Assembly (NCBI RefSeq): GCF_009914755.1
Contig: NC_060928.1
Reading direction: 5' to 3' (one strand)
DNA: 64,000 bases
From: the human T2T-CHM13v2.0 reference genome, Homo sapiens
The notes under the pieces were generated by a model. The model was not told the DNA's origin. It saw only the letters and a program-made list of their open reading frames with translations, and did not search any database. The position numbers and the translations under genes are program-made. Shown here piece by piece: positions 46,948 through 59,830 of the stretch. Numbering within the stretch: the first letter of the stretch is position 1; every line of letters begins with the position of its first letter.

Positions 46948-47315
46948 AGTTGGCTCTTGTGTGCCCTTAGCTCCCCTCTTGCTGGAAGTAAAATGTCTAC
47001 CACTTAAGCCAGGCATATATGTTGTCCATCTTCAGAGACCTCAAATCAGAAACTAGTCTCTTCCCTGAGTGGTATTTACCTGCTTTTTACCTTCACCATA
47101 CTGTCTGGCCACCCAGTGAATAGTGAAAGAATTGCATCACACATTTAAAAACACTCTTAGGTACAATATATTAAGTTTGAATCAATCTTTTCTTTTCAAC
47201 ACATATCATATTTTACCTTTTATTTCCTTCCTACTTACATAGTTTCTTTGTTCTTTATGACCAGGGAAATGCAATAACTTGTCAGTGGGTATTAAGCACT
47301 CTAGCTTTGGGAATA

Positions 47316-47672
47316 CAGTCATGTTTCCCTTAACCATGGACTATGTACTGAGAATAAGCAACACATTCTGAGAAATGTGTCATTAGGCAATTTTATTGTT
47401 GTGCGAACATCATAGAGTATACTTATACAAACCTAGATGGCATAGCCTACTGCACACCTAGGCTATATGATATAGCCTATTATTCCTAGACTTCACACCT
47501 GTACAGCACATTACTGTACTGGAAACTGTAGGCAGTTGTAACACAATGGCAAGTATTTGTGTATCTAAACATAGAAAAACATACAGTAAAAATAAAGTAT
47601 AATTTTATGGGACCACCTTTGTATATGTGGTTGGTGGGTGACTACAACATCGTTATTGGGGGCACAAGACTA
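47316..47672 (-). mobile_element. Tigger3a-like non-autonomous TcMar DNA transposon, full length
   Basis: ta|cagtcatg terminus; ttctgagaaatgtgtcattaggcaatttt, cctagatggcatagcctac, atgggaccacc; about 355 bp. Confidence 0.88.
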
Positions 47673-48019
47673 TCCTCATTTCAATGTATTCTACATTTTC
47701 CTATTGCATCGCTCTTTCTAAAGCAAACTTTTTATCGTGTTACTCTCCTCCTTAAAATCTTTACTGCTTATTCGTGGCTTATCTTTTTTCCAAAAACTAG
47801 GAAGAAGAAAAAAGAAATTAACCTCTTTGGATGCATATGATAAATGACTCTTCTCTACATTTACACTATTTGCAAGCCACACCTAAACATTGTCTGTACA
47901 TGTATGTGTGCAAGTGTGTGTTCATTTGTACCATATTCAGACCATATACACTTTCGAACATAATTTATATTTTACCTTTATTCATTCACTGAACTCAATA
48001 GATATAAAATGAAAGCTCA

Positions 48020-48360
48020 GACCAGTAGATCTCTACTCAGGTGACTTAACAGACTTACCTAAGGAGCCTTCACCACTCATCTGTCCGCAAGCACTACCCT
48101 ACAGATTCTGCTATGGTTGGGCTGAGGTTTATTCTGACACAGAAATTTTTAACGTTTTCTTCTTTCTAACATGCAAGCAATAGGCTATACCATATAGCCT
48201 AGGTGTGCAGTAGGCTATGCCATCTAGGTTTGTGTAATTATACTCTATGATGTTCGCACAACAATAAAATTGCCTAATGACACATTTCTCAGAATATGTT
48301 GCTTATTCTCAGTACACAGTCCATGGTTAAGGGAAACATGACTGGAAATCCCTGGTTTAG
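48020..48360. mobile_element. Possible degraded MER5-like hAT relic hosting the duplicated Tigger segment
   Basis: cagaccagtagatctc...ccctacagattctg...aaatccctggtttag resembles MER5 termini and core. Confidence 0.35.
48179..48344 (+). repeat. Inverted duplicate of 47316-47481 (Tigger3a end)
   Basis: Reverse complement matches 161 of 166 nt without gaps. Confidence 0.97.
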
Positions 48361-48459
48361 GAAGTACAATCACTATAATAATTGTAAAGAATATGCAAAT
48401 ACAGAAAAGAGAGAATGTCCTACAGATATTTACTGTCAGTTGTGAGGGTCACCATTTTC

Positions 48460-48645
48460 AGGCTTTGGAGCAAGACCACATTGACTCTAACCTTATGCAA
48501 GGTGCTTAATGTTAATTAAGTCTTTTTTTTATTTTTACAATAGATATAAAATAGTATTTGTCTGATTAAATTAGTTCAGGCATGCAAAGCATTTAGCAGG
48601 CTTCTTGGTCCTTATTAAACACTTAATATAACTGTATTGTTATTC
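48460..48645 (+). mobile_element. MIR fragment
   Basis: ggctttggagcaagacc...catgcaaagcatttagcaggcttct...cacttaata. Confidence 0.5.
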
Positions 48646-51325
48646 ATGATGATACAAACTCACAGACAGCTGTTATACACAGTGTCATTACTGTATTATG
48701 GAAGAAGCAGAAAAAAAAACTTGCATTTTTCTGAAGGCCAATCATTATTTTACATAAAGAAATTCAGAGAGATGTCAGGTAATCCAACTTGACAGAAAGA
48801 TAAAAATTGGTTCTATGTGAGCAATAGAATGATGGACATTTCCAGTAAAAAGAACAATAAACAGAGGCAAATACATGAAATTGGAAAGCCCAGGTTTTCT
48901 TTGATGACTATCAAATAGATTAGTAAGAACATGATATGAGGTTTTTAAATAGATGGAGTATGAATTACTAATTTTTTTAAAAAGTAGTTTGAGTACAGAT
49001 TTAATGGACTTTTAATACAAAACCAAATACTGTATTTTGTTCATAGTAGAGCTATGTGTTTTAAGTGAAGAGCTGACATTAAGAAAGTATGTTCTGGAAA
49101 GGCTCAGTTTTCAGTGGCAGTCTGGGTAGGCGGGATAAAAATTACCAAAATCAACAACAACAAAAAATGAGAATCTGGTCCATGGACTTATGTAGGTTAA
49201 ATATATGATCACTCATTAGTGCTTCAACAGGAAAAATACATTCAATTTCACGTGTGTATCGCCGTAGTCTTCAGCTTTTAGGGATCATTTCTCTTCCACA
49301 GGTACAATGGCTTTCATCCTCGTGGCAGAACCCTAAATTGTATCTGAACATGCTCCAGCCTGGTGGAGAAAGCAATATAAAAACAAAATCTATAAAACTA
49401 TAGAATTTAGTTCTGAGATGTCCTCTATTCTAATGTGAAGTATTTATCATTGCATTATTACATATTTTTCTTCCTGTCATATTCATAATTTTTCTGTCAA
49501 GAATTTTGTTTTAAATTATTCAGCCAATGTTTACTTAAAACCATTTTACCTTGCCACACAACCCAAAACAAAAAAGACTTTACCCTCAAATTTTAATTGG
49601 TTTTAGCTTGGAAACTGATCTTTTGAAAATAAGGTGCTTTTTTTTTTTTTGAGATTCTAAAGATTTCAAAGTAATTAATTAGAAATAATTTAAGGACAAT
49701 GTCCCTGGATATACCACTCGAACATTGAAAACATTCCTAAAACAAGACATCATGGCATAATTAGAAGCGTAAGGTAAAAAAAACTATATTGTAGACGAGC
49801 AATCTGTTCATTCCACGGTAAGCTCCAGTGATAAGCCTTTTTCATAATTGATATTCAATAAAAATACTTTGTAAAATCACGAGAACTCAGTCAAAATAAA
49901 TACAGTAAAGTAACATAAGACACACAAAGCAATCAGTGGTAATGTTTAGTAGGATAAAATAGGAAGAACCAGAGGTTACATAAAGAAGTACAGAAAAGCT
50001 TTCTTTTAGGTGTGGTCTGGCTTAAATGGTAATCTCCTATTAAATTTGCCATGAATATAATGCTCAGCAAGTCATCAAATAACAATGTTTTAACCAAATA
50101 TTTACTGAACAATTATGATACTCAAAGTTATGATGTACAAAATACAAGTGTACAAAGTTTAAACATTTTATTGAGTTTAAAATAAAATGATTTATTCCTT
50201 AAAAAGTACTATCACTAAATCAGAATTTGTAACGGCATCTCCTGTACCACAATTTTGATTTGAGCTTTCTTTTCATTTTACCTCATAATTTTTACTTGGT
50301 ATATCTCCGTTAATGATCTGGATTAATGGAAGAACAGTTGTGTTAAAAACAGGTACTAGAGTCAAAGTATTGCAAGGATTCAGCAAAATTACATTAGAAG
50401 ATAATGAGAGACTTGGATTAGTAAATATGAACCATAACTTAGAAAAGGGGCAGGAGATACATATTCAAGGGTTTATAGCAGTTCTGAACGTGAAAGGATG
50501 CAAATATTTTTGGTTACCCATCTGGGAAGAAAGTTTCATAGGTACTTTGCTGCCTCATCTATGTTTGGTGACAAAAGCTATTTCATGTTATTTTATTCCT
50601 CAAATACTGTCTTTTCATCATCAAAATAATTATCCTTAAATATAGTCATGATAAGTTAGAAATTTTAGCTGCAAAGCTTCATCTAGTGACAATAAGAGAG
50701 CATTTGAGGACCTTTGCTTCTTTACGTATAGCTTAGGGTAGGTAGGTCAATGCCTGGTTTCTGTTTATAGGGGTTTAATATCAAGTCATTTCATTGCAGT
50801 TTGGTCACAGGTTCTCTCAAGACTAATTGTATGCTCTCCAGCATCTTTGCTTCAAGGCACATACTTTTGAGATACTTGTCTCTTTAAGAAGCTTATTTTT
50901 TCTCCTGTTTACTTGATTTTAAATTGTAAGCTTAAACTCAGATCAGGAAGAAAGGAAGTCTGAGTTTGTGATAGTGTTCATGTTCTTTCTACTGATATTG
51001 TCAATCATGGTGAAGTAAAACATGTCTGAGCATTTATCTTAAGGCCTGTAAACATGGGGAGCAACATAAAATCCAGCAGCATCCATAGCAGGTGGTGAGA
51101 GCCACTCTGATGACAGAAAAATCTAGAATTAGTTAATCACATATATTACTAGGGAGGATGGAGAAAAGTATGAAGAATCTATTACATAGTTTTCAACTTA
51201 ATGTGTAAAGAAAGATAACAAACCAGAGATTATTTCTTAAAAACACCAAATAAACTGATTATTTCACTGAGTCAAACCAAAATTAGCTTAATAAGTCCTA
51301 TGTGGCATCATTAGCCTTAATTAGA

Positions 51326-51326
<1 letters not shown>

Positions 51327-51360
<34 letters not shown>

Positions 51361-51507
51361 AAGGAACACACACACGTACACGCAAAGAAACTCACAGAGA
51401 GAAACAGACACATGTACACACACACACACACACACAGAAACAAACACACACATGTACACCCAGAGAAACAAATGCATACACACACACAGAGAAACACAGA
51501 CACATGT

Positions 51508-51543
<36 letters not shown>

Positions 51544-51563
51544 AGACAGAGAGAGAGAGAGAG
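51327..51563. repeat. Compound (CA)n/(GA)n microsatellite with interrupted higher-order structure
   Basis: CA runs separated by recurring cagagaaac...cacatgtacac blocks, ending in (GA)n. Confidence 0.95.
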
Positions 51564-52286
51564 AAGCCTGTCACTATTTTTTGCTTTTCAGTTACGTTTT
51601 CCTAGCAAATTTGGCCACATTCCGACAGTTTTCTTTGGAAGATGGAGGAGGGGCAATGAGGACAAAGAAAATGCTTGAAATATCAAGTTAACTGAAATTG
51701 TTAAACAATCATTTCATAGAATCTATGTATGTTTCACAATTATAGGCTGATGTTGCAACAACTTTTTTTTTTAAGAGAAACTCTTACACAGTTAAAAGGA
51801 TGGACTAGAGGGCAAGAGAAATTATAATCGATTATTGTCTTGAGTACTTCTCAGGATGTCTGCAACTTATTGAAATGAAAGCTTTCCAAGACAATTTACA
51901 GACTATCCTGATATAAAGTTCTAAATTGTTTATAAAGACTTCAAATTGCAAATCCATTTATGGAATTTTATAATCCAATGTATTGCTCAATCCCATACTA
52001 CTCCAATACTGAGGGCTAATGGCTTAGACACAATGTGGCAATAATATCTACAGTAGCATGAAGTCATTTTTAAATTGTGGAATGACTTGTAGTTCACTGG
52101 CTGCCAGAACTCAAGCTCAAAAATAATAGTATATTGGTGCAAAAATTCTGTAGAAAGCTTAATGTTTCCTGTTATAATAACAAATAATAGCTCTGCATAC
52201 AAATGGTGATTTCTTCCTAATTGAGCTATAAAATATAGCCTCAACAGGCACAAATCTTACCTATACAGCTTAATAAATTTTTGCAT

Positions 52287-52407
52287 GCATACATATATAT
52301 ATATATACATATATATATATGTATATATATATGTATATATATATGTATATATATATGTGTATATATATATATGTATATATATATATATGTATATACATAC
52401 ACACACA
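52287..52407. repeat. (TA)n with periodic TG interruptions, ending in (CA)n
   Basis: Repeating atatatatatgt-like units of about 12 bp. Confidence 0.95.
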
Positions 52408-52436
52408 CCCAGGTAGCTACCATTCATATCAAACTC

Positions 52437-55400
52437 TTTTTTTTCTTTCTCTTTTTTTCTGCTTTTTAAATGTTTTATTTTTTATTTTTGAACTGTTTTA
52501 AGTTCAGGGGTACAGGTGCAGTTTTGTTATATAAGTAAACTTGTTTCATGAGGGTTTGTTGTACAGAATATTTTGTCATACAGGTGTTAAGCCTAGTAGC
52601 CATTAGTTATTTTTCCTGACCCTCACCCTTTTCCCACCCTCCACTCTCTGATAGGCTCCAATGTCTCTTGTTCCCCTCTATGTGTCCATGAGTTCTCATC
52701 ATTTAGCTCCCACTTATAAATGAAGACATGTGATATTTGGTTTTCTGTTTCTGCGTTAGTTTGCTAAGAATAATGGCCTCCAGCTCCATCCATGTTCCTG
52801 CAAAGGACGTGATTTTTGTTCTTTTTTATGACTGTATAGTATTCCATGGTGTATATGCACCATATTTTCTTTATCCAGTCTACCATTGATGGGCATTTAG
52901 GTTGATTCCAATTGTGAATAGTGCTGCAATAAACATAGGCATGCATGTGTTTTTATGACAGAATTATTTGTATTCCTTTGGGTATATACTCAGTAATGGG
53001 ATTGCTGGGTTGAATGGTATTTCTGCCTTTAGGTATTTCAGGAATCACCATACTGTTTCCCACAGTGGAACAGTATGGAACTGTAAATTAATTCACAATG
53101 GTTGAACTAATTTTGACTTCCACCGACAATGTATAAGTATTCTTTTTTTTTCTCTGCAACCTTGTCAGCATTTGTTTTTTGACCTTTTAATTATAGCCAT
53201 TCTGACTGGTGTGAGATTGGTATCTCATTGCGGTTTTGATTTGCATTTCTCTAATGACAAGTGATGGATGTTGAACTTTTTTTCAGATGCTTGTTGGCTA
53301 CATGTATGTCTTCTTTTCAGAAGTGTCTGTTCATGTTCTTTGCCTACTTTTTAAGGGGGTTGTTTGTTTTTTGTGTGTAAATTTGTTTAAGTTCCTTATA
53401 GATGCTGAACATTAGATCTTTGTCAGATGCATACTTTGCAAAAATTTTATCCTATTCTGTAGGTTGTCTGTTCATTCTGTTGATAGTTTCTTTTGCTGTG
53501 CAGAAGCTCTTTAGTTTAATTAGATCCCACTTGTCAATTTTTGCTTTTGTTGCAATTGCTTTTGGCATTTTCGTCATGAAATCTTTGCTTGTTCCTAAGT
53601 CTAGAGTAGTATCGCCAAGGTTGTGTTCCAGGGATTTTATAGTTTTGGGTTACTTATTTAAGTCTTTAATCCATCTTGAGTTAATTTTTGTAAATGGTGT
53701 AAGGAAGAGGTCCAGTTTCAGTCTTCTGCATATGGATAGCCAGTTATCCAGGCAGCATTTATTGAATAAGGAATCCTTTCCCCACTGCGTGTTTTTTGTC
53801 AGGTTTGTCGAAGATCAGATAGTTGTAGGTGAGTGGTCTTATTTCTGGGATCTCTATTCTGTTCCATTGGGCTATGTGTCTATGCTTGTATCAGTACTAT
53901 GCTGTTTTGGTTACTGTAGCCCTGTAGTATAGTTTGAAGTCAAATAGTGTGATGCCTCTAGCTTTGTTCTTTTTACTTAGAATTGTCTTGACTATTTGGG
54001 CTCTTTTTGGGTTTCATATGAATTTTAAAATAGATTTTTACCATTCTATAAAGAATGTTTTTGGTATTTTAACAGAAATAGCATTGAATCTATAAATTGC
54101 TTTGGGCAGTATGACCATTTTAATGATACTGAGCCTTCTTATCCATGAGCATGGAATGTTTTCCCATTTTTTGTGTGTCATCTCTGATTTCTTTGAGCAG
54201 TGTTTTGTGGTTTTCCCAATACAGACCTTTACCTCTCTGGTTAACTGTATTCTTAGGTGTTTTATTCTTTAGTGGTAATAAGGTTGTGTTCTTGATATGG
54301 CTCTCAGCTTGCCTATTGTTGGTGTATAGGAATGTTAGTGATTTTTGTGCATTGATTTTTGTATCATGAGACATTTCTGAAGTGTTTATCAGCCTAAGAA
54401 GCTTTAGGGCCAAGACTATGGAATTTTCTGGATATAGGATCATGTTGTCTGCAAATAGGGATAGTTTGAACTCCTCTTTTACTATTTGAATGTCTTTTAT
54501 TTCTTTCTCTTGCCTGATTGCTCTGGCCAGAACTTCCAATACTATGCTGAGTAGGAGTGGTGAGAGAGGGCATCCTTGTGCCAGTTTTCCAGGGGAATGC
54601 TTCTAGCTTTTGCCCATTTCGTACAATATTAGCTATGGGTTTGTCATAAATAGCTCCTATTATTTTGAGGTATGGGTTTTCAATAACTAGTTTATTGAGA
54701 GCTTTTAACATGAAAGGGTACTGAATTTTATTGAAAGACTTTTCTGCAACAATTGAGATAGTCGTGTGGCTTTTGTCTTTAGCTCTGTTTGTGTGATAAA
54801 TCACATTTATTAATTTGTCTATGTTGAACCAACCCTGCATCTCAGGGATAAAGCCTACTTTGGATCATGGTGGATAAACTTTTTGATGTGCTGCTGGATT
54901 TGGTTTGCAAGCGTTTTGTTTAGAATTTTTGCATTGATGTTTACCAAAGATATAAACCTGAAGTTTTCTTTTTTGTTGTGTTTCTGCCAGGTTTTGGTAT
55001 CAGCATGATACTGGTCTCATGGGATAAGATAAAGAGGAGTCCCTCCTCCTCAGTTTTATGGAATAATTTCAGTAGGAATGGTACCAGCTCTTCTTTGTAC
55101 ATCTGGTAGAATGGCTGTGAATGTGTCCCGTCCTGGGCTTTTTTTGATGGGTAGGGTATTTATTACTGCCTCAATTTCAGAGCTCATTATTGGTCTGTTA
55201 AGAGATTTAATTTCTTCTGGTTCAGTCTTGGGAGGGTGTATGTGTGCAGGAATTTGTCCATTTCTTCTAGATTTTCTAGGTTGTGTGCATGGAGATGTTC
55301 ATGATATTCTTTGATGGTTATTTGTATTTTAGTAGAGTCAGTGGTAATATCCCCTTTTTAATTTCTAATTGTGTTTATTTGAAACTTTTCTATTTTCTTC

Positions 55401-57128
55401 TTTATTTATCTATCTAGTGGTCTATCCATGCTTTTTTTTTTTAAAAAAAAAAAAAAAACCAACTCCTGGATTTGTTGATCTTTTGAATGATTCTTGTGGT
55501 GTCTCTCAGTTTTCTTTAGTTCAGCCATGATTTTGGGTATTTCTTATCTTCTGCTAGGTTTGAGGTTGGTTTACTCTTGGTTCTCTAGTTCTTTTAGTTG
55601 TGATATTATGTTTTTAAGTTGAGATCTTTCTAACTTTTTGACTTGGGCATTTAGTGCTACAAATTTCCCTCTTAACACTGCCTTTACTATGCCCCAGAGA
55701 TTCTGACATGTTGTATCTTTGTTTTCATTAGTTTCAAAAATTTCCTGATATCTGCCTTAATTTCATTATTTACCCAAAAGTCTTTCAGGAGTGGATTATT
55801 CAATTTCCATGTAATCATACGGATTTGAGCAATTTTCTTAGTCTTGATCACTAATTGTTTTGAGCTGTGGTCTGACAAAGTGGTTTGTATGCTTTCAGTA
55901 CTTTTGCCTTTGCTGAGGAGTGTTTTGTGTCTGATTATGTGATTGATTTTAGAGTATGTGACATGTGGTGATAAGAAGAATGTATATTCTGATCTTTTTG
56001 GGTGGAGAGTTCTGTAAATGTCTATCAGTTCCATGGGACCCAGTGCTGAGTTCAGGTCCTGAATATTTTTGTTAATTTCTGCCATGAATGTTGAAGTCTC
56101 CCACCATTATTGTGTGGGAGTCTAAATCTCTTTGAAGGTCTCTAAGAATGTGCTTTATGAATCTAGGTGTTCCTATGTTGGGTGCATATATATTTAGAAT
56201 AGTTAGGTCTTCTTGTTGAATTAAACCGTTTACCATTATGTAAGGCCTTTCTTTGTCTTTTTTTATCTTTGTTGGTTTAAAGCCTCTTTTGTCTGAAATT
56301 AGAATTGCAATCCCAACTTTTTTCTGCTTTCCAATTGCTTGTAGATTTTTCTGCATCCATTTGTTTTGCATCTATTGGCATCATTGCATATGAGATAGGT
56401 CACTTGAAGACAGCATACCAATGGGCCTCTGTTCTTTATCAAGCTTAACACTCTGTGCTTTTTAATTCAGGCATTTAGCCCACTTACACACATTGATATG
56501 TGTATATTTGAGCCTGTCATTATGATGTTATGATGCGGACTTGTTTATGCAGTTGGTTTATAATGTCACTGGTCTGTGTACTTAAGTGTGTTTTTGTAGT
56601 AGCTAGTAATATTTTTTTGTTTCCACATTTAGTGCTTCCTTCAGGAGCTCTTATAAGACGGGTTTGGTGGTAATAAATTTCTTCAGCATTTGCTTGTCTG
56701 AAAAGGGTCTTATTTCTCTGCTTATTAAGCTTAGTTTGGTCAAATATGACATTCTGGGTTAAAATTTCTTTTCTTTAGAATTGTTGAATATTGACTTCAA
56801 TTTCTTCTGCCTTGCAGGGTTTCTGCTGAGAGGTCTGCTGTTAGCCTGATGGGTGTCCCTTTGCATGTGATCTGACCTTTCTCTCTAGGTGCCATTACTA
56901 TTTTTTCTTTCATTTCATCCTCGGAGAATCTGAAGATTATGTATCTTAAAGATGATCTTCTTGTGAAGCATCTTTCTGGGGTTCTTCAGCCCGGCTTGTC
57001 TTCCCTCTATCCACTCTCAGTGCCTTCCCTCCAAAGACCTGTTAGGAGCACACCATCATCTTGGGCACTCTGTAGTAGCTGTTCTACCTGACTGCGTTTC
57101 ATCGGCCATCTTGCCCAACACCACCCTC
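52437..57128 (-). mobile_element. L1PA12/13-like element: tail, 3' UTR, disrupted ORF2, 3' half of ORF1 and the first ~143 nt of the 5' UTR
   Basis: Minus-strand ORF2 peptides ([34 protein letters not shown]); ORF2 ATG at 56520; 5' terminal YY1-type motif caagatggcc at 57113-57104. Confidence 0.93.
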
Positions 57129-57188
57129 TGAGTTATGTTAATGGCTCTGTTCACATACTATGCTTCAATACTGAAAAAAAAAAAAAAA

Positions 57189-57666
57189 GTATCAGTTGGG
57201 TTCTCTGAGTAACAGATGCCCACCTAAAATTAGAAGTGCAAGATATTTATTAGGGGAAACAAACACGTGTGAAAGAGAAAAGTAAAAGAGAGAAGAAATA
57301 GTCAGGGAAAACCTTCATCCTCAGATATAGATCTGACACCTGGGGAAAGAACAGGGGAAAGAAGGAGAATTAGATGTGAAGAGCTTCGGGGGGCATAGCA
57401 ACTCTGACAAAGTCTTGACCAGGCCTGTGGGGTTTGACAGCAAAGACTGCCTGTTAGGGAAATTCTATATTATGTAGGATATAGACTGGCTCAACTGTCC
57501 CTGCTGTGTTCACTCACTGGTTGGGAGTGACCCAAGGAGAGCCTGGCATTGGTGTGAACTTGCAGATCCCAAAGTTATGGGGTTGTCAAGTAACTATTAA
57601 AACATACCTTACAGCAAGTTCTCCTTTGATACAGGATCTGAGTGGATCACCTCCATTACTGCCACA
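57189..57666 (-). mobile_element. LTR16-family (ERVL) solo LTR
   Basis: gttgggttctctgag...gtgcaagatatttattagggg, gatctgacacctgggg, ctgtgttcactcactggttgggag, ends ctgccaca. Confidence 0.7.
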
Positions 57667-58402
57667 AATATTTACATCAATAGCACTATTAAAATGAATT
57701 TAATTTTATAATCTATAAAAATAGCTATTGATGCAGAAATCACAAACCTCTAATGACATATACAACACATATGTAAAAGGGAAGCTTTAAGTTATTAGGG
57801 TGGTAAAATATATAAATGAAAATGTGTATACAGTTCTGAGAACAATGAGAAAAATTAAAACATAGAGAGGCCACTCTTCAGAAAGAATTTCAAGTTGTGC
57901 TCATATCATGTCATTAAAATGTATTGTTGCCATCAAATATCCAATCATTAAATGGTAATTGTTATAGAAAATGCTAAGAACTCTATCAGTAATTGTGAGA
58001 AGCAGGGTTTGGGTGAGTTGAAACTGTACCATTCAAGGAGAAAAGGGAGGTGTATGTCTTCTCAAGGACATTAAAAGTTATGTTAAATACACTTGTTTAA
58101 AATTCTAAAGTAGCGACATGAAATTATGTTTGATTTGTCAGATATGGTAAAATCCTATAGACAAATAAATAGAATATTTTAAGATAAAAATCTGCAACAT
58201 ATTTAACCACAAACTATGAGCATAGTTGACGTTTTTCTATGCAAAATAAACACCTTGAATTCTCATGCCACTTTATCAGGTTTCCTCATGATCATATCAT
58301 TGTTTCACCTCAATGATAGCTAACTTTCAAACAATAATACTCTGCTCTTCTATTGAATATAATCTTACCTTTTAATTATAGCTGTCCTTTTCAAAAGTTG
58401 TT

Positions 58403-59830
58403 ATTCATTCATATTACAAATATTTATTAAGCTTCTGCATTTTGCCTGAATCTTGTATAGACATTACAGATACAGCAATTCACAAAACAGACAAAATGAT
58501 GGCCTTCTTGAGGTTCAAATTCTAGTGAGGTGGAGAAAGTCAAGAAGCAAACAACTTAGTACAATGTACAGTGTTTTAGATAGTGCTTTTGAAAACAATA
58601 AGCCAGAGAACACATTATCTGAAAGGGAGATTGCAAAGGTCAATAAAGTGGCCATCGATTCTCATTTTAAGAGGACGTTTGGCAAAAAAATGAAGGAAGT
58701 GAGTAAGTGAATCATGTGTATATCTGAGGGAAGAATATTTCAGGTATATCAATGGCAAGCAAAATGGAAACAAAATCATAATATAAAGGGAATCACAAGG
58801 AAAACAGGAAGAGTATTCAATAACGTAGAACAAAAGCCAGGGAGGATGTTTTTCTGAAGCTAAATGAAGAAGGAAAGAATAGTCAACTTGCTCAATTGTT
58901 GCTGATAGTCAAAATAATTACAGAACTGAGGATTTGTTATCAAATTCAGCAATAAAAAGGTTATTTGTGACCTTCAGAAAACGTTTCAATAAAATGGTTT
59001 TGATAACATGGATGAATAGGATTCTAGGGAAAATAGGTGTGCAAGTGGAAAGGATGAGTATAGAAAACACTCTAGCACCCTTGCAAAAGGAGGAGCAAAA
59101 AATGAGAGCTAGAGGTGAATGTGGGCAAATTATACATAGATTATACATATATATATATACATACACATATATACATATGTATACACACATACACACACGT
59201 AGGTACCTATAATTAAAATAGCTTATTTACATATATTTATATATGAAATTACAATGGGAGTGATGCAATAGAAAAAATACATTAATGAGAGGAAAATGAT
59301 GATATGTGAGAAAGAAAATAAAATTTATGAATCAATGTTCTAGAGCAGGCAGGTAGGGATGGTTTCTGGGTGGAAGAGACAAACACTTCATACACAACAG
59401 GAATAATGCAGAAAGTATGGGAACCAAAGCATGCAGGTTTGTAAATATGGTTGGAATTCACCTTTGATTTCCCTTATTTTCTAAATGAAAGACTATCCAG
59501 TGAGCTTGACTTTAGAGGTAGACATATTGAAGACGTGAGGAAAGATGGAAAACAAACAAACAAACAAACAAAAAACACTTGTAATTGCCAGCAGGTTTAT
59601 TACCCTACTTAAAGTGAGAGGTCTCATGTTTAAAGTGAGTTCCCATGGGATGTTCATGTGCTTTCTCCAGCCACCTTCATCTGCTCAGCTGATGAAAGAG
59701 AAAAACTGGAGGAGGGTTGAAACAGACAAGGAGTTTTTGTTTTTACAATGAAGTATAAGAAACTGGGAGGGGGTAAGGGTGAGGGCACATCCAAGGAAAG
59801 TGACTGTGATAAAGCATGATGAAAATCAAT
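58403..59830 (-). mobile_element. L2 fragments, with a (TA/CA)n tract at about 59143-59198
   Basis: Begins attcattcatattacaaatatttattaag; internal gatttgttatcaaattcagcaat and ttctccagccaccttcatctgct blocks. Confidence 0.65.

Noticed and set aside
51298-52501. Cys/Val-, His/Thr- and Tyr/Ile-rich ORFs
   Set aside because: Translations of (CA)n and (TA)n microsatellites.
55432-55458. T11-A16 palindrome
   Set aside because: Homopolymer expansion of the ttttcaaaaaa motif normally present at this L1 position.
53402-56371. ORFs of 99-176 aa on both strands
   Set aside because: Sense and antisense translations of a decayed L1 ORF2.
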